Assembly: GCF_001194135.2 (NCBI RefSeq)
Contig: NC_068983.1
Location: 101,518,571 to 101,582,570 of the forward strand
Direction of reading: 5' to 3'
Source of the DNA: Octopus bimaculoides
Taxonomy: Eukaryota
Length of the DNA: 64,000 bases
Below are positions 38,260-51,800 of the stretch, piece by piece; within the stretch, counting starts at the first letter, position 1; the number at the start of each line of letters is the position of its first letter. Below the pieces are notes generated by a model. The model was given only the letters and a program-made list of their open reading frames with translations, had not been told where the DNA came from and did not search any database. The translations under genes were made by a program, and so were the position numbers.

Positions 38260-41207
38260 AGATGCGTCATTTGTTTCTGATTATTGATATGTCTGAAGCC
38301 ATGGTGGATCCTGATTTAAAACCCAACAGATTAGCAGCTACTGTCAAAGTATGTTTTATTATTATTCTTTTTCTACATTCTTTAATCAAAACTAAAAATC
38401 TAAATTTAAACTGCTAAAATTGTTATTAACTCTGTCTATATTAAGTTTTTAGTTCCATTTGTTTTACTTTTCCAAAGTTGAATACCACTTCTTCAGTTAT
38501 CTTATTTGCTTTTAAATCTTCTCAGACTACTGTCACCATTTTCCTACAGAACATTTGAGCTCAAGCCAGCAAGATATTTTTTGTGTCACTCAATCTGCTC
38601 AACATAGATATTTCTCTAGAAACTCCTTTTGTTAATATGATCTCATATTTCAAATCTTTAAACATCTTTAAAAAACTTATTTTTAAAATCATAGATGTGA
38701 CTTGAATGTTGATCATATTTTGAAATTTGACCCTAACTGTGCTTATCCAAGTATCTTAGCCCCTGGGTTACAGTTTTAAATTTCTAATTGACTACATTGT
38801 TACTCCATGCAACAGGTCTGCTCAAGCAATGACAATCATACAATCTGATATGTCGCATGAATTTCTTATTTCTAATAAGTAATTATTTCCGTGGTCTCTT
38901 TACACTTAAGTTGTCTCTTAGCTAATCATTATGCATCCACTAGGTCATACTTCACTCATTCCTACTCCATCAGTGTTCATTTTATGCATTCATAGGCTTT
39001 CTTCCACTGATATATCAGCTCTCTTACACAGTCATCATACGTTTTTCAAATTACATATAAAAATATTTCTTGATTTCAGTTGAGTCAAAAAGAAGTCCCC
39101 TCCTACTTCTCTCTCTATATTTACCACACTACTCCTGAAACTGATTGATTGACTATCAGCTAACATTTCTCCTGTTGTCAGCCAATCTGTTTTGGCCACC
39201 AACACTATGAACTAATCATTTACTCAATCCTTGCTCCCTAAAGCAGTGTTACCAGAGTTTCCCTCCCCACCAATGCAGTTCCTGCTGGCATTGACCTAAG
39301 GTATTCAAATTGAATATAACCTGTTTTGATCTCACCAGTCACAGAGGACTTGTGAAGATTGTGGGCATAGATCCTGCATTGGTGGGGAGGGAAACTCTGG
39401 TAACACTGCTTTAGGGAGCAAGGATTGAGTAAATGATTAGTTCATGGTGTTGGTGGCCGAAACAGATTGGCTGACAACAGGAGAAATGTTAGCTGATAGT
39501 CAATCAATCAGTTTCAGGAGTAGTGTGGTAAATATAGAGAAAGAAGTAGGAGGGGACTTCTTTTTGACTCAACTGAAATCAAGAAATATTTTTATATGTA
39601 ATTTGGAAAACGTATGATGACTGTGTAAGAGAGCTGATATATCAGTGGAAGAAAGCCTATGAATGCATAAAATGAACACTGATGGAGTAGGAATGAGTGA
39701 AGTATGACCTAGTGGATGCATAATGATTAGCTAGGAGACAACTTAAGTGTAAAGCCATGAAAATAAAGAAACAAAAAGATTTAAGTCTATTGTTAATCTG
39801 GAGGCCAAGCCTCAGGGAAATACCATTGCATAGACAGTCATGAGTGGTGACACTGCATTGAACCAGCCTCTGCTGTGAGGCTTAGAGGCTGAGTGGAAGA
39901 ATGCCAGATGGTGCTGGTTAAGTGAGCACATTAACTCATCTGAGCTCAACCAAGTTGTTTACTGTCTACTCCAGTAATATTGAATTTTTATGAATGAATG
40001 AATGAATGAATACTTTTGTCAAAGCCATCTTTCTGTTTAAATCTTTTAACCTGAAAAATCACTCTTACCTGTTTTGTACTTTTGAAACACTAATTAATTT
40101 TTTAGATTCAAGTTACCTTATAAAACATCCTATAAATACCAATTCTGAATTGATTTTTCAATACTGAGGATTGTAATTGTTGCTTTGTTATTTTGTATAC
40201 ATTTATTGATTAATTTATATAACTGTTCTCTGTTCATAAAATAAGTAATTATTTCTTTTCTACAGCTTGCTGAAAATTTCATTGAAGAATACTTTGATCA
40301 AAACCCTATTAGTCAGCTTGGTATTATTGTAACACGAAAGAAAAGAGCTGAAAAAGTTACTGAACTTGGTGGTTTGTTGATGAGCCTTTATTTCTAATTT
40401 TGATCTGTTTTACTTAGAATAGACGGATAAGTGTCCATCTTGATTGTTGTTCATCAGTTGTTCTGGTGGAATTTTGAGCTCAACCCTTTATTTGACTAAT
40501 GGGGTACACTGTTCTCATTCCTAGATATGTTGATTTTATTTTTCAAGTCCCTCCCTGCGATTGAACTTAGTATCCGAAGGTTAGTAGCCCACACTCTTAT
40601 CTACTATGCTATGTGCCTGTGAGCAATTATAGAGTGACTTTTAGGGCTTGTAAACCTAGTGTTTTATCTTTTCTTAATACTGGTTGCCATATTACATTCA
40701 TATTTGCACTAGGTCTGCTTAGGAAGTTATTGTGTCCTAGCATATGTGCATCTTATTTTAATTTTTGTATTTTCCAGAGATGTTCTCTATCAATTATTTT
40801 AACTTCATCCTACAGCAGGAAGTGGTCTCCATTTTACCATACACTAGTAGAGATACCCGACCTTGCTTGGGATTAAAATGGCATAGTTTTTTTTTATTTT
40901 AGTTGTTTTAGTCATGTGACTGTGGCCATGCTAAAGCACTGCCTTTGATTGAAAAAGATTGACCACAGGGATTTATTCTTTGTAAGCCTAGTACTTATTC
41001 TCTTAGTGTCTTTTGCCGAACCGCTAAGTTATGGAAACATAAACACAGCGACGTCGGTTGTCAAGCAATGGTGTGAGTACAAACACACACGCACACACAC
41101 ACACACACACACAAACAAACAAATATACACATATATACAACAGTCTTCTTTCAGTTTCCCTGTATGAAATCCACTCACAAGGCTTTGGTTGACCTGAGGC
41201 TATAATA

Positions 41208-41245
<38 letters not shown>

Positions 41246-44200
41246 CTCACCAGCCCTCAGTCAAACCGTCCAACCCATGCCAGCATGGAAAGCAGACGTT
41301 AAACGATGATGATGATGATATATATACGGTTTGACTGAGGACAGGCAAGCCAGAAGGCTGCACCAGGCTCCAATCAGATCTGGCAAAAGTTTCCACAGCT
41401 GGATGCCCTTCCTAACTCCAGCCACTCCGAGAGTGTAGTGGATGCTTTTATGTGACACCGGCACGGGTGCCAGTCAGGCGATTCTGGTAGCGACCACGCT
41501 CAAAAAGTAATGTGCCACCGACACGGGAGCCAATCTGTGGCCCTGGCAACTATCACAATCAGATGTGCTTCTAACGTTCTACTGGTATGAGTGCCAATCA
41601 GACAGTACTGTCATCGGCCACGTCAGTGATTTTGATTTTGATTTCACTTGGTTTATAAGCCCTAAAAGTCACTCTATAATTGCTACTCACTCTCGGATAC
41701 TAAGTTCAATCACAGGCAGGGACTTGAAAAATAATGTCAACTGAAAAATCACATCAGCAGCATACCTTAGGAATGAGAACAGTGTACCCCATTAGTCAAA
41801 TAAAGGGTTGGGTTCGAAATTCCACCAGAACACCTCTTTTACTTGTTTCAGTCATTTAACTGCGGCCATGCTGGAGCACCACCTTTAATCGAGCAAATCG
41901 ACCCCAGGACTTATTCTTTGGATGCCTAGTACTTATTCTATCGGTCTGTTTTTGCCGAACCGCTAAGTTACGGGGACGTAAACACACCAGCATCGGTTGT
42001 CAAGCAATGTTGGGGGGGACAAACACAAACACACAGACATACACACACACATATATATATATATATACATATATATATACGACAGGCTTCTTTCAGTTTC
42101 CGTCTACCAAATCCACTCACAAGGCTTTGGTCGGCCCGAGGCTATAGTAGAAGACACTTGCCCAAGGTGCCACGCAGTGGGACTGAACCCGGAACCATGT
42201 GGTTGGTAAGCAAGCTACTTCCCACACAGCCACTCCTACGCCTATTGAAGGCTGGAGCGTACATCAGCCAGAACGTTGTGATAACAACAAACAAGATGAA
42301 GACACTTATCCATCCATTGTAAATAATGTACATGATTCCTCATCTCAAAAATACAGAATAATGTTGAGCTGTTTTGTTTGAGACAGGATAGTTTTGTAAT
42401 TATAACCTCAGTAATGTCATTAATTATTGCAAACCATTTTTTATGTTGACTTTTATGTACATGATGGGCCAAGAGTCACACACCAAGATTAATATATGTT
42501 GCACATTTCAAAAGCAACACTTCATATTTAATTATGATGAATACACACATACTTATACATGATGAACTAAATGAATACTAATAATAATAATGACGTAGTA
42601 TAAATAAAGTGTCAAATGTTTTGGTATGTGACTTTTGGCCCACCCTGTATATGAATTGGCATAAATAATTCTATAGCTAAACTCTCTATTACTGAAATGG
42701 TGAGATGGCACATTTTCAACTTGCTTAATATAGAGAATTGATAAAATATGCATTGCCTTAAGGCACAGGAAAATTCTCTGATGACTATAGTGAATTTTTA
42801 AATTAATTGTCAGTAATCAAGCAACATCATTTTTTAACTAATTAACATTTTACACTAATTTACCTCTATTGATCATGATGGATTCTGAATATTAAAATAT
42901 TTACATGAATTGGTTGAAAATCCTCATATTGAGTAACCTTTTTTGTCATTTTGTTATTTTTCTTAATATGTAATGTAAGAATTGTCCTCATTTCCATGTA
43001 CATTGACTATAATAAAAAGATTTGTAAATTAAGTTGTAAATAACTAAATCTTTTTAATATATTCATATAGAGCTAATAAACTTTAACCATTTAGTATTTA
43101 AAATAGCTTATACCTAGCCCAAATATTCTACCTGTTTTATGTTCAAACCTACCCTATTAAGTCATTCTAAAAGTAAATAATCACATCATCAAAATCTTAA
43201 AGCTACAAGATAATGCATGGTTAATTCAAAACAATAAATATTTGACAGAATAATCTGAATGCTAAAGGGTTTAAGCTTTGTGACATTTTCATTTAATGTG
43301 TTCATTTTTATTTGATTTGTTCTGACACTCAGGTAACCCAAGACGTCATGTTGCAGCACTGGTTGCTGTTAGTAAAAATCCATGTCAAGGAGAACCTTCT
43401 CTACAGAACTCGATTGAAATGGCAGCACAAACACTAAAGTAAATCTAAAATATTTTAATGATTGATATTTAAGATAGTGTTCACAATTATCAAGAGAGTA
43501 AATTTCTTTTAACCATTTAGCATTTAAACCTGTCATGTCCAGCCCAAATAAGCATTCTACCTGCTTTATGTTCAAACAGGCCACTCTGGCCTCTCACATC
43601 TACCTTACTATGTCATTCTAAAAATAAACAATTGCATCCTTAAAATCTCAGAGCTGTGAGATAATGCATGGTTGATTTAAAACAACCTGAATAAGCATGA
43701 CCTCTGACAGTAATCTAAATGCTGAAGGGTTAAATATAAATTGGTGATCATATTTACACTAATTTTTACCTACTCATTTACATTACATGGATATAAGCTT
43801 GTATTGTTTTGAATATGTATTCTACACAAGTAATCAATTCTGAATTGTGATATTTGTTTTCAATGCTTATGGTAGGATTTGAACTTGTAACTTAACCTAA
43901 CAATTCAGTGGCAGTTACCTATACTTGTAAAAGGTATTATACTATTTGGTTCAGTTAGTCTAATTGAAAATACTTAAAAGGCACTCTTTATATCCAACTT
44001 AACATGGATATTTTTTAGAATGCTCAATACTGCTGTATTCACCATAAGAGGACCTCATATGGACGCAATGGTGTGTAAGTTGATTATAGATATCGGTTTC
44101 AAATTTTGGGAGAGGGAGTACTCAACTGACACTTATTTTATTGACCCTGAAAGGATGAAAGGCAAAGCTGACCCCAGTAGCATTTGAACTCAGAACATAA

Positions 44201-45770
44201 AGACAGACGAAATGCTGCTAAGCATTTTACTGGTGTTCTAACAGTACTGCTAGCTTGCCACCTTAAGTTGGATATAAATGTTGCCTTTTGGTATAAATAT
44301 TGCTTCTGTTGTTAATAATTATTTTTCAGAAATAGTTAAGTTATTATTAATATATTTAATACATTGGCTATTAAAAAGCTAATAGGAGAATATATGGTGA
44401 GAAAAAAGCAGCATCACTCAGTGATTTATATTATTTTAATTATTCCATGCATAAGAGATAACTCTGTGCACGTTTTGATCTTAGACCTTCTCAATAAAGC
44501 TTAATTTTCACTGTTACGAGAGAATCATTTGTTGGTGCAAAAAATTAGGGTATTTTAGAAAATAAATTTGTTCCTTTTATATCTGTTTTTCTACAAGAAG
44601 ACCTGCCCACCACAACAAAATTAAGACCCTAAAACCAATGTGTCACATAAAAAGCATTGGTGTGGGTGCTGGTACCACATAAAAAGCACCCAATACACTC
44701 TGTAAAGTGGTCAGTGTTAGGAAGGGCATCAAGTCATAGAGACCAAGCCAAAACAGACTATGAAACTTGGTGTGGCCCCTGGCCTTGCCAGTTCCTGTCA
44801 TGCCATCTAACCCTTGCCAGCATGGAAAACGGACATTAAATGTTGATGATGATGAAGGTATTGTTTTATAGCTGGATACCCTTCTTGTTGCTAACCCTTA
44901 TTTGCTTTTCAGGTAAAGGATCTCCTTTACGTTGAAAGCATGAAGCAAGTAGACAATTTGTTAGTTGACAGGAGAAATGGCCACTACACTGCTCATAGCT
45001 CATGACTTTCATAGGGTATAAATGTAACACACACACACATGATGTGCTTCTTTCAGTTTCCATCTATGAAATTCACTCACAAGGCTTTAATTGGCTCAGA
45101 GCTGTAGTAACAGAGATTTGCTCAAGGTGCTGTGCAAAGTTAATCAGAGATGCCATTTTCATTTCACATATGAATGATTGAATTTAGCTGCTTTAAACAA
45201 GCAGAGCCACTCAAACAGTCCATACTAACATCCTATTAAGCCAACACTTTTCATATTAGTATCACAAAGCACTTCTTTTTTTTCTTTTTTCTTTTTAACT
45301 CTTTCACTTATTTCAGTCATTGTGGCCATACTAGGTCACTGCCTTGAAGGGTTTAGTCAAATTGACCCCAGTGCTTCATTTCTTTTACTTTTTAAATCTG
45401 GTGCCTATTCTATCAGTTCCATTTGCTGAACCACTAAGTTACAAGTATATAAACAAGCCAACACTGGTTGTCAAGTGGTAGAGGGTGGGGCCAAACACAC
45501 ACACACACATGATGAGATTCTGCACAGTTTCCATCTACCAAATTTACTCCCTAGATATTGGTCAGCATGAGGCTATTGTAAAAGAGACTTGCTCAAGGTG
45601 CCATGCAATGGGACTGAACCTGAAGCCATGTGACTACAAAGTGAGCTCCTTAACCATATAACCATGCCTCTAAAATCTTTTTAAAATAATGATCTATTGA
45701 AGTTGTTTTTTTATATGCAAATAATTATTTTACATTTTCATTTTCTTAAAATTTTAATATGTAACTAATA

Positions 45771-45827
<57 letters not shown>

Positions 45828-48800
45828 TAGTATTATAACCCGATTTCATTCGGGTCTACTCGGGCCACATTTTAAAGATGAGGAATTTTGCCCTAGAGGC
45901 CACGCCTTTCAATTGAGCAAACTCAATGTTGCCATGCAAACTCCCCGCCACTTTTAACATAGATGTGCAAATTTTCAGGTCAGTCTGACCACATTTACTA
46001 AGACTTTTGCCTGCACAACTGCTTGTGAGACAACGTCCGCCCTTTTCACAAATATATAGTAGGGAGCCTGGTGTAGCCATCCGGTTGCACCAGTCCTCAG
46101 TCAAATCGTCCAACCCATGCTAGCATGGAAAGTGGACGTTAAACGATTATGATGATGATATATGCATAAAACTTGTTTGTGTTTTTATGGCTTACTAAAG
46201 TTAGGAAGTAGTTAATATTTCTTCTTATTTTTCTTTTTCAGACAGATGCCTAGTCATGCCAGTAGAGAAATTCTTATTATTTTTGGTAGTTTAACCACAT
46301 GTGATCCTGGAGACATTCTTAATACAATAAAAGTATGTTCTTATTCATTTTACTTTTAGTAAAATTTTAATTCTGTAATACTTTGGTAGAATGTAATCCT
46401 GTCTCTCATCACCCCTCTTTAACCATCCCTAATTCTCCTTACAACCTCTACTTACCCACACTGTTCTCTCCTCAGAATCACTTTGATATAGTGATTAATT
46501 TATTGGTCATTATGTTGAGCAAATGTACTAGGTTCAATTTCAGGCAAGATTTACTTTGCTCATTTATTCTTTGTATGTAAAATTTGACAGTTTAAACATA
46601 CACTTGCTGTATTGGCTCAGTCATACTGTTTGTGAAGGATTCTGGTTACAAATAGAAAAATGACGAGAATGTTTACAAAATAGGACCATTCTCTACTGAA
46701 TTATCTTACTGCATTGAATTATTTAAATTTAAGAAATCAATTTGGTAAAGAAAATATTGCCAATTTTTCTCTTGTTTTGGATTTTTTTTTTTTTTTCTCA
46801 ATCAAATTTTGAACCTTTCAATTCAAATAATGTTTGTTAGTTCCAACTTAACTCTGGAACTTTGTGTATCTGTAAAATTGTAGCACCTATAAGAGTATTT
46901 GATGGAAGCTAAGTCCTGACATTTTATAATAAATACATTAAGAAGCTTCCAACAAATATTATAGCATTTATAGGAAATTGGGAAATAATCTAATTAAAAT
47001 GATGTGTAAATAAAATGAAAAAAGTTGAGGTTAATTGTTGAATGAGTTTAAATATTTTAGAATAAGAATTATTCTTAGAAGGATAAAAAAATGTTTATTT
47101 CTAAATTTTCTGTTGATATTTATTGCAGACAGTTAAAGAAAGTTCTATCAGGTGTTCTGTGATTGGATTATCAGCTGAAGTGAGAGTTTGCAGAAGGCTT
47201 ACTGCAGAAACAAAAGGTAAATCTTGCCAGAAAAAGATAAGCTGAAGATACAACTTGGCTAAAAAAATATAGTTTATTTAGCAATGGTTGATACAAATAT
47301 TTATATAATTACTGGAATTTATCATCCATTTTATACATCTCATACATTTCATACATGGCTGAAAATTAAAATAAAATTATAATCATGATACATTTACCTG
47401 CTGGTAGTTCTATTTTTCATGAAAAACTTTGCATTATTACTATCTTTTATAAATTACAACATACATTAGCAAGATAGTAGTATTTCTAAGCTGGAAAAGC
47501 CATCCTAAAAACTATATACATGATAGTAAAACGACACAATTTATCATCAACTTAAATGAAAAAAAAAAGGATCAACAGTTCTGTCTCTGTCTCTTTTAAC
47601 TATCTCAAAGTTCATGTGACACAAATATTTTTCCATTTAGGAGACTATCGAATTATCCTGGATGAATCTCATTTTAAGGACTTATTAAATGGACATGTTA
47701 TACCTCCTCCTGCATCAGTAAGTAATCAAGACATTCATGTACAACTTTTATGTTCCTATTTCATAGAGACACAATGATTCCCTTCTATTATATATATTCA
47801 TTTAGATTTAGTTATAAATTGTGGCATTTACTAATGTTCTATTACTTTTTGATTATTTAGTGGGATTTAAAATGCATCAAGCTATTTTTCCATATTTTTA
47901 ACCATCACTTTCTTCAATGATTTAATATCACTACAGTCTATGCTTAATATTACAGTAGTATATTGTTTTTTTGTTTTTTTAGTGGATCTTTATCCATCAG
48001 GAAAAAGAAAATATTGTAGGGAATATAATATAATTACCTAAGAAAGTATTTGATTGTATATCGATTTCAATTTTTGGCACAAGGTCAACAATTTTGGGGT
48101 AGGGGATAAGTTGATTACATTGACTCCAGTGCTCAAATGGTACTTGTTTTATCGACTCTGAAATGATTAAAGGCAAAATCAACCTCAGTGAAATTTGAAC
48201 TCAGAACATGAAGATAGATGAAATACTGCTAAGCATTTTGCCCAGCATGCTAACGATTCTGCCAGCTTGTTGCCTTTATTTGATTGTATATTAATTACTA
48301 AATAATAAACTAGGTATAGGCAACCTTTTTCTGAGAATCAGGCTACAAGAAACATGGTTCATCATCAGGCAGGCTAGACTACTAAAAAATTTTTAATTAA
48401 TTTTTCATTTAGGCAAGCCATTCAGAAATCCCACCAGTTGCAGTTTGCTCATGAATATAAACAATGAACATTTATGTTTTTTCAAAAGATTACCATGCCA
48501 TATATTTCCTTTCATCCTCTGATCTTTTGTGTTTATATTTTTTCAGGGAAACACTGAATCCTCTCTCATCAGAATGGGTAAAACGTTTTATACTTTTTCT
48601 CCTTTTTTTGTTGATTCCTCTCAAATTTTAACCCTCTGCCTCCATGCATCATATATGATACACATTTTTCAACCACTAGAGTAACTTCCGGTTTATAAAA
48701 TGAAAGTTTTATATTACTCAGAACATATGAGACAAAAGCTAATTAAAAGTCTGGAAACAAGCATAGACGGTTAGGGCAAACCTATGAGAATGCCTTGGAC

Positions 48801-51800
48801 AGACAAAGGGTTGATAAGATTTCTCTTTTTTTTTCATTACAACCCTAAGAATTTTGGTTCAAAATTCTAATTTAGGTCTACCTGTATTCATTGTGTAAGT
48901 TGATCTAGTCTGTGATCAATCAGGTGCACATGATATGTATTATTACTGTATTTGAGATCCTTATTCTCAAGTTTGCCAAGTATTCATAGTAAACTTTCAA
49001 CTTGCTGCCAAATGATAGATATATCTTGTAAATGTGTATTCCCTTTTTATAATAATATTTTCTATACCAAGTAAACAGGAAACTTAACTAAAATGTGGAT
49101 GTATTGAAGTATTGTTATTGCAACACTCACTATAACAGTTGTTTGTCATGGTAGTTCTGCTTTATGTGGTGTATGATTTTTGCTATGCCTGTTTTTTTTC
49201 TTTTAAACTATTTCCTCATATTGGTTATGTTTCTGACACAATGTTTTGAGTGATATTCTCTCTAATACTCTCCAGCTGATTTTCCTGATGAGTCAGCAAT
49301 TGAACCTGGAACCCTTATTTTACCACCTGCGTTTAAACACTAACTTACCTATTATCCCAGATAATATGAAGACTTTTTTTCTCACAAAGCTAATAGCTGT
49401 ACATGATTACATAAACAGTTATTTATATATTGTAAACAGTAAACACAATTTTATATCATTAAGATTGTACAGTTACATTGTATTATTCTATAGGTTTCCC
49501 ACATCATCAACAGTCTATGGACAAAGATAAAGAAGACAGACCGTCAATGTGTATGTGGTAAGTAAACAGTGTATTTAGCTTGTTTGTTTCAGTATACCTT
49601 AAGTTTACATTTCTATTCACTATTTACAACACTTCTTAATCTTGAGTTATCAAGAGAGCTTTTATACTATTGCTCTACCTGCTGGAAGTAGCCAGGTCTT
49701 CACATCAGGCTCTGTGGTCTTAAAAGAATGACAGCATGTTGGATAATGTAGTCCTAAGTATTATCTCTGGCAAAAATCAATGGGGGTCATAGCTAAAACA
49801 CCTTTGGTTATAGATCTGTTCAATTAAACAACTTGACCTTATCCAAATGCTGATATCTATTCTTCACATTATCGTTCTTCTCCAGCATTGTTTTACAATA
49901 AATTTACTGTTAGAATTTCTTGAAAAATTGTGCTGTAACAATACATATTCTCATGACATAAAATATAAAGTAAACTTACCATGAAGAGACATAACTTATA
50001 CAAAACCAAGTGCTATAAGGGTTTTCTTTTGGGGTTTTTTTCAGTACACGGGCTCTGTTCATTCCTCTCTGATATATACACGGACACACAGATACACGTA
50101 CATGTATGCATGCATACTTACATAGATACAGCTGCAGGCATGGCTATCTATTTAAAAAGTTTTCTACACAGCCATGTGGTTTCATGTTCAGTTCCATTGT
50201 GTGACACCTTGGTTATGTTTTACTATAGCACCCAGTTGACTAAAGATTTGTGAGCGGATTTGGTAGACAGAAACTGAAAGAATCCTTTATACATATAATG
50301 TAATGGGGTGTCAGTCTGATGTTGGAAGAACAGTGAAAACTCAGGATATGTTTCAGTATTATTAGATCTCATCATTAAAATATAGCCTTCTCCAGATTCT
50401 TTCTCCTCATTATGAAAATAATTTTAATTTAGATATTTTGACCCACACTATTAATTATGTTAGCATGGACATTACCATTTTGTTTTCCCAAAGAACAGAT
50501 CCCTACATATTTTTATGTAGCCCTTATTTCAAGTTACCACCCAGTTCAGGGTTTATTTACAATAAAGTTGTGTGTCTCAAGTCATTTTATGTTGAGTACA
50601 AGATTATGCGTTTCACTTTTGTTAAGTGGGCTCTTATCAAAACATGCTCAGGGCTGTCACCATTCTGTCAAGGACAAAGTCACTCCTTGTAGCATTGCTC
50701 ACTTTCTTGTTTTAATTAATTTACGCACAATTTATAATTTCAGAAGTTACCTTCTCATTATTGTGCTACACATATAAAGCCAGTGGGGCTTCAACAAGTT
50801 TTTATACCCCCTCTTCAACTTCATTCTTGGGTTATCTATGTGTATTTTATATGAACATACATGTACATCATCATCGTTTAATGTCTGTTTTCCATACTCG
50901 CATGAGTTGGACAGCTTGCTAGGAACTGGTATGGTTAGGGTCTGCATCAAGTTCCATAGTCTGTTTTGGCTTGGTTTCTATGGCTGGATGCCCTTCCTAA
51001 TGCCAACCACTCTACAGAGTGTACTGAGTGCTTTTTACATGGCACCAGCACCTACACCCACACTTTTTATGTGGCACCTTGGTTTTAGGAGCTCAATTCT
51101 GTTGTGGACAGGTCTTCTCAAGTACAGCAGTGTGCCACATACTTTAGTTCTCTGTCATCTTCATGAGGTTCAACGTTTTGAGATCAGCCTTCAAAATTTT
51201 GTCCCATGTCTTCTTGGGTACACAAGCATAAATTAGATAGTGGATCCATTTTAATAACTGAGAGACCCCCACTCTGTTGAAATTCTTGCTACACTCATGT
51301 ACTCAGTATATTTATATAAATTTTACTATTTAATGCAAGGTTTTAATGATAAGACAACCCAGAGATGATGATGATGATGAGTGCACTGCTTGAGTTTATA
51401 TGAGGGTAGGGTATACCACTATTTAGGAAGTTGCAGGAATTAGAAGCAGTAGTAATAACAGTGGAAAGAAGTACCACTAGACATTAGGTCAAGAATTATA
51501 TAGTGTTGTTAATTAAGAGCTTGCTTAATATGTGGGGAGCTTGTTTGGGGATACCAGTTAGAATGTGTTTAAGGATACTGGTTAGAATGTGTGTTGAAAC
51601 CCATTCCAGATATGTAAACAACATTTACCAACTACACAAAGTGTGTTCTTACAAACTCGAGTTAATTCTTTTCATTTGTCTTAATCTCAGTAGTGCTGAT
51701 GGCAGTACCATGTCCATTATTTTTACAACTTAATTTGCGAACAAATCCACGTTTTTGCTGGTGCCACATGAAAAGCACTTGGTCCACTCTGTAAGGTGGC

